Under the pieces are notes generated by a model. The model was not told the origin of the DNA, made no database searches, and saw nothing but the letters and a program-made list of their open reading frames with translations. A stretch of 64,000 bases of DNA from Paraspadella gotoi (lineage: Eukaryota > Animalia > Chaetognatha), in assembly GCA_051294375.1 (NCBI GenBank), contig CM119270.1, positions 11,579,230 through 11,643,229 of the forward strand. Reading direction: 5' to 3'. How positions within the stretch are numbered: the stretch's first letter is position 1; the number at the start of each line of letters is the position of its first letter. This document shows positions 51,660-64,000 of the stretch, in pieces. Made by a program: the position numbers and the translations under genes.

Positions 51660-53035
51660 TGTGAGCTGGCGGTGCGTTTAGCGGGTGAGGTATCGGTGAG
51701 CGGTGTGAGCGTTGTGCCCGTGAGCGGGTTGTGTGAGCGGTGACCACTGTGAGCGGATGTGAAGCGGCGTATGTTTAACTGTAGGAGCGGGTGTTAGCGG
51801 TGAGCGGTATGTGAGCGGCGGTGAGCGGGTTAGCGGGTGAGCGGGAGGTGTAGTGTAAGTTACGGGTGATTCGTACTTTTGCAACGCCCTTCGCTACAGT
51901 ATATTAGTGCCACATCGCTTACGGGTTTTGCACGTACTCTGCTCGCTTATTAGTAGCGGGCTTTACGTAGAGAGGGTTCTGGAGATGAAGTATAGGCGGA
52001 CCTCAATTGTGCTTCTTTCTCCTCACCTGGGTGGTGTATTTGGCTGAGACTGACGTTGAGCGGCGTGCTCCTACATTTAGGCCGCGCGCAAGACTCGTGA
52101 GGCGCGTCGCGTCTCTGTTAGGGGCGTTCTGAGCCGTGCTCAGCGGTCTTCTCCTCTCGTTTAGCGGCTCGTGAGCTGCTGTCTTCTCTCTCTCTCTCCT
52201 CTCTGTCTTCTCATCTCTCGTCTCTCTCTCTCTCTCTCTGCTCTCCCGTCGTTAGCGCTCCTTTCCGTGAGCGGGTGAGGCGGGCGGTGCTATTCAAGCC
52301 TCCAATCACCTAAAAAAATGAGCGGTTGAAAGTAAAAAGCGGGAACGAAAAAAAGAGGAAAAGTTAGCAGAAAAAAAAAAAAAATTCAACAGATGAGCGA
52401 AACAATAAAGAACTGTTTAAAGACGAAAAGTGAGCAGGGAATGAATTATAAAAAAACAAAAAAATAAAAAAAACAAAAAAGAGAAAGCGGAATAAAGAAG
52501 AACGAGCAAGTGAGCAGATAACATAAAAAAAACTAAATGTCTATCTTGTCGAGCGGTCCTTCTCTTCAATATACAACGGAGCGGCGTGTTAGCTTTGGAC
52601 ATGCGTGTAGCGGGTTGAGCGGGTCCGCCGTTGCGCGGTTAGCGGTGTGAGCGGCTGTCTGTGAGCGGCGGCTGTGTGTGGTGAGGCGGGTCCAGTGATG
52701 CGGAGGAGGGGATGAGCGGCAAGGGGTGAGCGCGTTAGCGGTCAAGTGACACAAAGCGGGACGAGGACCGTGGAGTCCGGGCGTGGTGGCCTGGAATTAG
52801 TAGTTATCAACAGGTTAGCGGCCTTTGCGTACGTCGCTGAAGCTGGGTGATGGCCGCGCGCATCAATAGGCCTTACTTCACCATTCGCGCCATATCGAGA
52901 CCCCAGGTAGAGGCATGGGTGAGGCGTAAATGACCCGCGTGGGCATTCTGCCTGCATTACAGTGGCCCCCTCAGTGGAGCGGCGCCATCGTGACACGAAT
53001 GTGAGCGGGTGAGCGCGCGATTTAGACCCCCAGTG
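51660..53035. repeat. Degenerate/noisy (GTGAGCGG)n octamer satellite
   Basis: Many GTGAGCGG/GTTAGCGG units at 51660-51846 and 52580-52745; clean copies at 61677-61716. Confidence 0.6.
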
Positions 53036-53134
53036 AGCAGGTGAGGATGGGGAACTAAAGAAGGGAAGACGAAGACGCATCGGGGGGGAAAGGTTTTAAG
53101 AGGGGAAATTAGAGGAGACGATTTTATGCTGATT

Positions 53135-56100
53135 GGAGGGATAAGTGAGCGAAACTTGGCCGCTAAAACTGTGGTGGAGTCGGACTATTTTTTCTCATCA
53201 AGAGCCGTGTCACAAAGGTTCGCCTTGCTGTCCGCCTGTCCCCTGGTCGGGTGTTTGGGTACGCAAGCAGGCGACAGCTAGGAACCGCCGCAGCAGCAGA
53301 AGGTCTGTATTATCTCCTCGATTAAATCAAAGTCAATCGCCTGTTGACTGTAACGCGGAGTCGAAAGGATGCAGATTACTTGGGAGCTTGGGACGATTTC
53401 CCACCGCGGAGGATTCGATCCAGATCCTGACACGCCGTCGTAACAGCAAAGACCAAGGAAAAGTTTGAATGACTCGTGCGTCGAGAAAGGACAGTGGATC
53501 AAAAAATAAACCAAAGTAACTTAGCTTTACAATTCGGATTTGTGATTTATTTTTTTATCTTTCTCAAATTTCGGGTAATTATATATTTTAATTTTATTTA
53601 AGTTATTCTTAGCCTTTGGTTTAATCCTTTATCATTTTATTATGAGTAGTTTTTAATTTATTAGATTTTGAGAAAATGGCGTCTGAATGGGATCTCGAAT
53701 GTTGAACTTTTTGGCGGACAGAGCCAAAAATATAGGATTGCAACGTGTGGGAATTTATCGCTAGTGGTTTTTAAAAGAGTTCGATACGGGACACACGCGC
53801 GAAGGGTGATTGGTTGTTAGGATTGATTGAATTCTGATAAAGAGGGCCTAGAGTGTGGTAGCAAATATCACAAGGAAGGAAAGTCATTGTAAAGAAGATG
53901 CGGAGATATATGTTGGGCAAATTCAAGATATGAAATTAAGATAACACTGTGGATACATACGTTCATGCTACATGTTGATGATGGAATATGCAGGGCAGTT
54001 TAGTGTGTTATGGTGTATCAAAGACGGGATTTGGACGAAGTGATTGATTATATAGAAGCTGTCAGGTAAGAGTTTGATTATTGTCGGGTTAAAGTTAAAA
54101 AATACTTTTTTGCGAATGCTAGAAGAATACTCGAAGTTTATATCTTAGCTAATATGGGAAAATTGCTCAGTAGCCGAGTCTTAGATGGTGGAGCGAGACT
54201 GGTTAGAATGCAATAAACTTAAATGACAGACCACGAAAAAGAAGGATAATTTAGTATTATAGATGTAATTATCATTAACGGTTGTAGATAATCTACGTGA
54301 GAGACCTCTAATTTTGTGAGGAGCGGCAGGGATAAGGGAGAGTGGGTGGAAGTTCCTTAAATCATTATGAATAAACGTCGTTGAGTAATATTTTTGCAGA
54401 ATATTTAAGAGGTGGTGATTGAGATATTTGTAGTTTGCGTTTCTGTTAGAACTAGATGAAAGGATAGATAATAACTTGATGTTACATTTTGTGCCTAAAA
54501 CAATGACAAATGACCGAGTGGGGAGGTGACATAAAAGTACGCGATTGATAGGGCGCTCTCTCTGTAGATAGAGGATTGCGCGCTCTCGCGGGTTGTCAAT
54601 GATATATCCCTTTGTGATTTACAAATCCTTAGTTCGGATTTCGGCCATAAGTGATTGCGTTAGATGTAGACATAATAGGAAAAGTTTCAAGAGGGAGTAG
54701 GCAATGGAATAATTGAAAAATAATCCAATGTATCTTGTTAAAGGGAATCCATCATTGATATAACACTTCTAGTGGAGAAGAGAAAAAAGAGCACCAAAAT
54801 GGAGAGGAAAGATAGTGGGAAACATGAGAAGGAAGAATTTAATAACTTATTGTTGGGTAAGGTGGTGGTGGATTTGCACGCCCAATACAAGGCTTATTAC
54901 GCATACGCAGCTCGCTCACTTTAAGATGTGTTGCTAAAAACAAAAAAGTAAAAGAAGAGACGATATAGCGAAGGTGAGAAGATTATAGAAAAGAGAAAGA
55001 AAGAAAGAATTTAGCAAAGAGGAAATATCGCGAGCAACTCGGAAACGATTATGCGTTCGATATTATTACGATAACAGAACCACTCTGGTCTGGCGAATTA
55101 AGGAAAGGCTAGCCTGTGCGATCAGAGCCTGTCGTGAAGCCAACAGAAGAAAGAAAGGGGCTGAACAGTGTCTTTTGTTTTTTGTCGTTGCCGACAGCTG
55201 AAATATACGCTAGAGAGAGGTCAGTACGGGAAAGAAGTAAAGAAAGAGACGGTGAGCCGGCATTTTGAGGAGAAAAGGGAGCCAAGGCTTAGCGTTATTG
55301 TGATAGAAAGGTAAGAAGTTGAAAAGGAAAGTGAAGGAGAGCGAGAGAGTAGAAAGAGAGGAGAGAAAAAATATTAACAAAAATATTGCAATTTATGCTT
55401 GTAAAGGGATAAAACAGGTGTAGATATAAAGGAGATAGGGTTCTGAAGAGTGGGTACAGGTTGCATTGATTGACTATATGTAAGAAATGAGTTTTGGTAA
55501 GGGGTGATATTTTTGCAGGAGGAAACTCTATCAGGAATTGAATTTTTACCGCTGCTGAACTCGATACAAAATTAGTATCACAGCAAGGGATTTGCAGTAG
55601 TCTCTTGTGATTAAGGAAGATGATAATAGAAAGAAGAGAAGATTAGTGAAGAGAGCTAAATAAAAGGGGTATGGCTGTTGGAAGATCACCGGGTTTCAAA
55701 GATGGCTTTTCCGGGCCGCTGCTCGGAATTCTTGGATAATATTTTTTCGGAAACTGTAGTCGTCTGCGGGTTGCAATGACTTTATGGGAGCGTGTGAGTT
55801 AAATGGAATTAATGAACAGGGGGGGGTGGGTGCGTCGGTGGTGGATGAGTTACCAGAAGGACTATTGTCATGAAGCGAATAGTTTCGTCTGTATTTTATA
55901 AAAAAGGCTGAGTTAGGAACGAGCCTACGTTTTTAAAAAACTATAGACCCAGTTAGTTTGGTTAATGTGTGATTATGAATATGTATTCGTCGTTCTCGGT
56001 GTGACTCGTGATTAACTGCACGTACTGGACTGTGACTTTATATGCCTTAAACTACATCATGAGGATCAGGCTTGGTTAGATCCAGGAAAGGAGAAAGCAC

Positions 56101-59100
56101 TTCTTCCTGACAATTTACACATGTGTGATTACAAGCAAGCTGTAGTTAAATTATTGTCTGAGGGCTTTTTAAAAATGGGTTGGTGCCAATGGGTTTCTAG
56201 ATTTAGAAAAATGCTCGTGACTCGGCGTAGATCATAGTTTTGTTCGTTGAAGGCTGATAGAGCGGAACTATGGCTTTAGTTGAAAACTTTAATAAATTTT
56301 GGTCATTGTGATCCAGAGGCTTTTTTTATAAATAAAAAGTGACAAAGTAGCGATCTTAGTTAAATGGTCATTGAGTCTAGAGAGGAGATTCATGGTTGAA
56401 TTAGAGTAGTGAGACAGGGCAGATGATCCTTGCCTTCAATGTCCTCTTACTAATATTTTTTAGTTGCGCTTGAGGTTTTTGCACAATTCTTGTAAGAAAG
56501 GATAGACTGATTAGAAGGGGATTAACAGATAAAGGGATTGGATGAGAAAGGTTTTGTTGGCATGTTTAAGCTAGCAATGGACCACTTGAAGGTATTTCTC
56601 TAATTATGTGTGATGTTTCTGAAGTTAATCTGTTTATAGGGATTCTCTTGGATTAAGAGCAACTTCGCTATCAAAGCGCTGCTCTCTTCGGGGTCCAAAG
56701 GTTAATAGGACTAAATCTGCTCACGTCTAGGCTGTATGGTAGGGCCGTGTGATAAAGATAAGCAGTAGCATGACTATTGTTGGGTTTATTCATGAAAGGG
56801 CATGGCCAAAGGTATTTGTGCTTTGGGTTGGTTGAGGGAGCTGATTTAATTCAAGCAAATTTTGCACGATGTTTTTTGCGGGCAATAATGGGCAAGGCTG
56901 GCCTGTTTGGAAAGGAAGGACCTTGTCGGCTTGTTGGGCGACAAAGCTATAGGTTATAAGTTTACCTCCTATTCTACATCTCGCTGGTATAGAAACTGAT
57001 GCTTATTGACACCACCTCTTGTGGGGACGACATTTTCGAAAATTTATTAAAATGCGAAGTTCGTATAGATTTGGATATTTTCTGGCCTAGAAGACAGGAG
57101 ATGAGGGAACGCGAATTAGGTTAAAGGGGACTTCATATAGTTAAAACGGTGGGAGCTCAGATTAATGGACTGTTAAGGATAGAGTGCTGACAAGTCAGAG
57201 AATAATGTGAGGCTCAATAGGCTTTTTGCGATTTGCGCCTCAGTTGGATCTTACTACCCACAAGGAGCTCTGTCGCCTCGTCGCGCTGTAGAGCTGTATG
57301 TCGCGCGATAGGGTATCTCGATGGCTTGCGCGCTACTCTCTTGAGCAAGGCTGGGTACCGGATGTCACCGTTGAGATGATCTCTCGAGAAGTCACCGAGT
57401 TGGTATTTTATTTACCGAATGGCTCGAGATAGAGATCAAATGGTTGGGACTGCTCGTGGTGCTAAATTTGGAGATCCATGGCGCTAATCTGCTCATCTTG
57501 AGAACTATTGAATTTATTTAAACTGTGTGAATGTGATCTTGATGTTTAATGGAGGAATAAATTTTTTTAAGGCCAGTGGTGCTCTTTGTAAAGCTCTCAC
57601 AAGTTGGTTAGCACACAATAGTTTGCGCACGAATAGTGGACTAATTTTCTTTAATATGCCAATTTAGTCGCTACTCCCTCGCGCGACGAGGATAGGACAG
57701 AATACTGTTTGACCTACTCCAAAGCGGTATGGATTAAGAAAAAAAATTAAGAAAACATGTCGTTCGCAAATAGGGATCATCATTGATTTTGTTAATGTAA
57801 TGTACAGGGAGAAGTTAACGAGATGTTGGAACAGATGTCATTTGCGGCAGGTTTTTATGCGTTATGCTTAAGATCAAGAGTTATAAATTAACTTAAGGGC
57901 TATTTCTCGCGAAAATCTAATGGGAGCTGTGTCCTTTGGAGTTGAGTTAAAAGCAGTGAATGGAGGGCTTTGGGGTTGCTCTAATACGCTTCTGTGAGAT
58001 CCTGCTTTATTATGTATAGGGTCAGCTGATGTGGCGAACAGATATGGATTAAATTTCTGAGACAGTCATTATATGCACATTAGACTTATTTGGGATAATA
58101 GGAGTGATGGCATTTGTCAGTATTGTGGTGGTCGTTTTAGAAAGAGAGAGATGCATTTATAGCTGTTAGGTGTGAAGTTGTTTATACACGTGCTATGGTA
58201 AAAAACTGAGTGATGACGCTAATGAAGCTAGATTGACAAAAGAGTTGATTAAAAGGGAGATGGGTTTGGGAGATTAACAGGCAAGGAGAGGAGCTAGCCA
58301 AATAATCTTAGGAAATAGGCTAGGAGATATGAGCTTTAAGGTGAACTATAATTTTAAGTGATGAGAGGAGAAGGAGATATAAGGAGTTGTAGAAAGGCGA
58401 GTGGCAGATATAGTTAGAAGAAAGTTGTGGAAATAGGTTTATTTGTTTCAGAAAGGAATTAAGGAAAGGGAAATTGGGAGAGAAGGAGATGAATTTGTTG
58501 GGGTACAGACGCTGGACGTAATAGAGCGCTCGATTGCGGAGTTGTCGTGACGCGCGCGCGGCACGACGTATTTGATTTCGTATGTTGTGTCACCGAGAAC
58601 ACCAGAGATTCTGATGGGATTTAAGGTTGATCTAACGCATGAACGAAATGAGGTTAGTGGCGCAGTGCCCAGATGGTGTGTGGGGTAATTTAGTCAAAGA
58701 TAGTAGCTGAAAGGGTTAGGACTGAATTTTATTTTGCCTTCTCTCTCTCTCAGTATCTCTTTCTCGCTCTTTCATGTTTCATTTGCTCAGTCTCTTTTGG
58801 GTATCTGCTAAAGTTGTAGGATAAGAAATTAAGATTTAAAAATTCATAACGGATTAAGAATTAAGCGCTTTTTAACAAATTAATAACTTTAGTACTTTTA
58901 ATAATGTGTGATAATGGTCTAATTAATAACTAATAATAATACATAATTTATAAAATTGCGACATTAGTATTACAGTACTAACTCTTTGTCTATTCTAACT
59001 CAATCTAGCTCAATAACATAATAATCTATATCATTCAATTTCTCTCATAGTTTTTGTATATAATAATAAATCATCACAGTAATTAATCAATTGATAAAAA

Positions 59101-59408
59101 TAATTTTATAGTAATATATTGATATATAAATAATAATTAGTATCATTATATTGATCAAGAAACAATATATAATCTAGGAAATTGAGTTTTCTCGGTAATT
59201 CCAATTAATAGTAATTCCAATCATACTAATAATAATAATAATAATGTTAAAATATTTAATTAATTAGTAATAATGACTAACAATTCTCAATATTAGTATC
59301 ATTTAACGATAAGAATAATAATTATAGGAATAAGTGGTAATTCCAATAACTTTAATCCTCTGCGTTACTCTATGCCTTCTGGTTATGATCAGTTAAAAAA
59401 AAAAAAAA
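53135..59408 (+). mobile_element. Non-LTR retrotransposon (LINE, Tx1/L1-like), heavily frameshifted; ends approximate
   Basis: RT motifs appear in order despite indels: GRSPG..DG (~55678-55706), LKNYRP.SLVN.DY (55933-55976), HEDQ (~56057), FLDLEK (56194-56211), VRQG.D (56409-), SGSK.N.TKS (~56687); C-terminal CQYCGG...H...C zinc finger (58115-58175). Possible LQE(T) endonuclease motif ~55512, candidate ORF1 ATG 53676, (TAA)-rich 3' region and A-run at 59395-59408. Confidence 0.8.
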
Positions 59409-60079
59409 TTGACTCAAGTTTCTTGTCTTATCGACTTAAAAAAAAAAAACAATACGGCAATAGGCTCCTCGCGTATAATGTTTGGGTACATAATGATAGT
59501 ATTTACTTGTGTTTCTTTTATTTGCAACAGTTTCTTGTCTTATTGACTAAAACAAAAAAAAATTCGGTCAAATTGGCTCTCCACTCGTCTCGACATACTG
59601 CTTCTATTGGCGCACCATAATTGCTAAATAATCCACTTATTTGATTCGTTTGCAATGTCTTCGCTAGATGTTTTCTCTTATATTTTGTATCGATATTTAT
59701 TTTTTTTCTGTGCTTCTATTTCTTTCCTCTACCTCATTACGCTTCGTGCTCTCTCCTCCATATACCTCACTCTCTATTGTCTTTAACTGCTCAGTATATG
59801 TTTCAAATTCGGTTTACATTCTTCTTATTTGTCTTAACCTGTCAAATTCTGTCTCTGTTTTATTTTCTCAGAAATAATAAAATAAAATACCAAAAATACA
59901 TATTAAATAATAATCTCATTCCAAAAAGCGTTTCTATGTTTAAACTCTCTCTTTTTTTCTGGCTCCCTCCGACTTTACATTACTCAGTACATGAATGTCT
60001 AATCATCCATCCACTCTGCTACGGGGTAAGTATCATTCTCGAGCTGGATATTATCTTATCAAACGACGGGGTTATGGGC

Positions 60080-61600
60080 GGACCAATGCATTGACCGATG
60101 ACTGAGTTGTAGACGACTGACGGACCTGAGACTGAGAATGACAGGTTGATGAATGGACGCACTCGAGCCGATAGAAGTGGACTTGCATGAATTCAGGTGG
60201 ACGGTGATCGAATTTTTCACTAGATCGTCATCGAATTAGATCGTGCTTATTAATATATACAATCCGGGTACAAACAAATGATAATTCGTTAATAGATAAA
60301 AAAAATACTAGTATAATAATGATATAATTTAGACAGTAGATCATATTCACACCTGGTTATATTAATACTACAAGTTCTATCTCTTCTATCCCAACCTAAA
60401 CTCCTGTAAGCTAACATTTTTACCCGAAAAATGGACGAAATTGAGCACGGCCAAATCTCGAGGTCCATGGCATAGACTTATTTAACCTGATATATCAATA
60501 AGTAGCGAACGTGCAATTCATCCCGGCTCTTATGAAACCCGGCGACCTTTCTCGACAGACAGTATTACCGTGCCGCCGCCCGCATGTGTGTGAGAAAGGG
60601 AAAAGCCTGAAGGTGAATAATATCATAGGTAGATCTCTTGAGGAGAATGACTTTCTTGGAAGATTACAAGTTCACAACGTGGTGGCCGTATCGAAGAATG
60701 AATAGATCGTGGAGGCGTTTGGCCTAATCAAGAGAGTTTAATACAGAGCGTCATCAGTCTCGCTGTGTGAGAGAGTTGCGGTGACTGAGATTGGATTTCG
60801 GAAAGAGGATTGTATAGTTGACAAAGAATTTTAAATGGAGAGCTGTGTACTTATTTATGGAAGATGATCAAGCCGAAGACGAGAGACGACAGAGACGACG
60901 GAGAAGCGCAAAGAACGAAAAGTCATGAATGAGTGGGAAGGTTAAGCGGACGACCGGTGGCTTAAGATAGTAATTAATAAAGCTAACGAGGGGATACGCG
61001 AGAGACGCGGTGGACGTCTCGTCTGAGGATCTCGTTACGATGCATGGATTACGGAGAGAGAGAGTAGATCTTAGACTGAACTATGCAGATAAGAGAAAGA
61101 GATAGACCTGAGTGATGACCTGTTTTTGGCCTCCTGGCGAGGAAAGTGAGAAAAAGGTAACATAAAAAAGCTCGAATAAAAAGGCTCTACGAATTTCAAT
61201 AACACGAGCTTAAGATGATTTTAAGCGGGCGATACTCGCTCCCCTTGGAAATCAAAAGACAGAGACGAAGCGGAAGTGAATTAGACGCTTGGATGATTTG
61301 AGCGCAGGGTTAATGAGAGCAAGAAATAAGAGAGAGAGAGACGACCCAGAGAGAGAGTCAGAGAGAGAGTCGAGAGAGTGTAAAGATGCAGTAGAGACGA
61401 GTGAGAGGACACAGATAGAGAGACTACAAAAATCAAGCGATAGAGTGGACGAATCCTTTTACCCTTGGAAGGCAAGAAAGAGGGTGACTTAGGCTCTGAT
61501 GGAAGACTCTCCGTTGAGTTGTCGACATTGGAAGATACTCCTACCCTAACACAATGTGGTTGAAAATTTGGTGAAGCCCGAAAAAGTAAGAAATTGCTCG
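60080..61600 (+). repeat. Noisy direct duplicate of ~62230-62985
   Basis: Shared anchors in order: GACCTT(T)CTCGACAGACAGTATTACC (60544/62560), GAGAAAGGGAAA(A)GCCTGAAGG, CGCTGTGTGAG, GAAATTTGGTGAAGCC (61562/62953). Confidence 0.7.
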
Positions 61601-62233
61601 TACTGAGACGTGTCATCTCGCGGCTAGTCCAGCTCGTCCTCAAATATGTCTAGCGCCCTCTCGATAGAAAATGTCATGAGCGGGTGAGCGGGTGAGCGGG
61701 TGAGCGGGTGAGCGGGGAGGATTTGAACTAAAGAAGGAGGACGAAGGATCGGGAGGGGGGAAAGGTTTAAGAGGGAAATTAGGAGGAACGATTTTATGCT
61801 GATTGATGTTTAAGAAGATAATTGAGAAAATTGTGGGGAATAAATGCTTGAAGATTAATTAAAAAGTAAATTACTTTTCAGTCTTTATATCGTTAAGATT
61901 GAAAAATGACTAAAAACAGGGTGAAAAGGTTTTAAAAATTTTAAAATACTAGTATGTGAGAGTTAAACAAGAAGAGTAATTCAAATGTTTCTCGTGACAT
62001 GACATGACGTGACGTGACATGTCATGACAGGACGTGATATAGCATGACTACAGGACTACAATAACTTTCTTAGCCCGTTTATTTATGACATGCACTGCTT
62101 AAAATTTCCGTAATTTATTTTATTTCCGTTTTAGGATTGCCTGAAGGCGGCGCTTGCAGTCCCTTCGATTTGGGCTTTTCTTCTGTTTTAACAAACCAAC
62201 TATAGGGTAATTATATGCATTTTTAACATTAGT

Positions 62234-62315
62234 GGGACAGACCGACGGACAGACATACCGACCGTCGGACGGACCGAACGACAGACCGACCGAAAAGTGA
62301 CTTCTAGAGTTGCTC
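62234..62315. mobile_element. Helentron/DINE-1-like non-autonomous fragment
   Basis: (GACN)n tetranucleotide array followed by GAAAAGTGACTTCTAGAGTTGC, resembling the end of HINE/DINE-1-type elements; recognised by pattern only. Confidence 0.4.
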
Positions 62316-62372
62316 CGAAACTCAAAATTCGGGTAATCGATTTCACTACTTTTATACTCTCATACTCTTTTA

Positions 62373-62600
62373 ATGAAATTGGTACAACCAAAATAATATT
62401 AAAAAAGATTATTTTAGCACGTCTTTCCCCTCAAGTTTTACTACGTACTTTTCTCCACCTAACTCCGAAGCTCCCTACTTTGTACCCAAATGGCGGAGCC
62501 TCAGGCCCAGCAGAGACTAACATTTTTATAAGTGCGACTCTGCACCGGCCTTGAACCCGCGACCTTCTCGACAGACAGTATTACCTCGACCGCCCGAATT
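62373..62600 (-). mobile_element. Diverged tRNA-derived SINE sharing the same 3' tail
   Basis: Minus strand B-box GGTCGCGGGTTCAAGGCC (62548-62565); ends TTTGGTTGTACCAATTTCAT at 62373. Confidence 0.6.
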
Positions 62601-62772
62601 GGTGAGAAAGGGAAAGCCTGAAGGAATAGGGGTGAGGAAAGGTGAGAAAAGAAGGGTAGAGAATTGAGAGAGGGTAAGATAACAGAGCAATCGCTGTGTG
62701 AGTGTGAGAGAGTGTGGGTTGGAAAGAGTGTGACAAGAATTAATGGGAACTGTTCTTATTGATGGAAGAAGC

Positions 62773-62853
<81 letters not shown>

Positions 62854-63540
62854 AGGACAGAGGACGGATCCTTTTTGACCTGAAGCAAAAAGAGGGGATT
62901 AGGCTGAGGAGACTCGTGATTGGTCGAGAAAACCTGACGACAGAGATGTGGTGAAATTTGGTGAAGCCGAAGAGAAATTGGAGAGAGTGAGGAAGATGGA
63001 GGGTAAGTTGAGCGCCTTGAGAACGTTCGGAGGAAAGGAGGTCGGGATCCAGAAATTTTAAATAAAAGGATTAATAAAATGTAACTTGAAGATTAGAAGA
63101 TTAGAAGGGGTTTTTCTTTACGAGGGACGATGATTTATGTGGAAAGGTAAAACGGCTTGTCTCAACTTGGCAAGAAAAAAAAAAGGATGCAGAAGGCGGA
63201 AAAGAAAATGAGAAAAAAATGAAAGGGAAATACAATGGAGAGACGAAGACGAGATGAAATGAAGTCGTGAATGAGGAAGTTGAATGAACGAGTTGGGTAA
63301 ACCATGAAAAAAGAAATGAAACGAAGCTTAGAAGGTATCAATAGATAGAAAGTGAAAACAGATATAAACTAATGTAAATGATGAAAGGATCTTGAGTATT
63401 TGAATCTTAAAGAAAGAAAAAGAAAGAATAACTAAGGAAAGGTAAGGTAAGGTAAGGTCGGGACTCGGGAGAAGCAGCGACGAGTGTGATATTGTTGGTA
63501 AACAAGTTTATCGCGGGGAGCAATAAACGCTGAGAAAATC

Positions 63541-63705
<165 letters not shown>

Positions 63706-64000
63706 ATTCGCTCTCTGTCATAAATGCATCAATTTTTCATAATATTCCTCGTGTTTGAAAGTGAAAGCTATCTTGAAGTCTCGAGCGAGATAGAAAATTG
63801 AGGAAAAAAGGAATGAAGAAAAAAATAGAAATGAAGATAGTAGAAAAATGAAAAAATAAAGTTTGAAAAAAAAATAAAGTTTGAAAAAAAATTAAATAAA
63901 GAACGATAGTGGGAGAATAGAAATCAAAAAGAAACGAACAAAAAAAAAAGAAGTGAAAAGGAGAAAATAAAAAAGATTAGAAATAAAAAGGAAAAAAAAA

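Noticed and set aside
51660-51846. Interstitial telomeric repeat
   Set aside because: The unit is GTGAGCGG/GTTAGCGG, not TTAGGG or TTAGG.

Overview
Eukaryotic (invertebrate metazoan-like) AT-rich genomic DNA from a draft assembly, dense in (AG/CT)n, (GAC)n and (AAAG)n microsatellites and containing N gaps. Almost all ORF-track entries are simple-repeat noise. One protein-coding gene can be rebuilt by hand on the minus strand: 6 coding exons (49751-49414, 32430-32326, 31793-31484, 31052-30697, 30516-30227, 26704-26454; 1650 nt, 549 aa, all GT-AG introns with matching phases). It encodes a type I immunoglobulin-superfamily membrane protein: signal peptide, about 4 Ig-like domains (the last two with atypical cysteines), one TM helix and a short tail ending -ATDL (PDZ-type motif). 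Its first intron holds a ~13.3-kb fold-back palindrome (33975-47295) whose right arm is indel-rich and ends at a 25-N gap, so it is probably a long-read gap-filling artefact. Mobile DNA includes a tRNA-Gly-derived SINE family; one copy is split by an hAT-like element (8-bp TSD) that carries an inverted pair of Penelope-type minimal hammerhead ribozyme remnants. There are also several MITEs and a Tx1/L1-clade LINE in a noisy block that appears to show the filled allele beside the empty allele of the same site. No prokaryotic features, rRNA, functional tRNA or CRISPR array were found.
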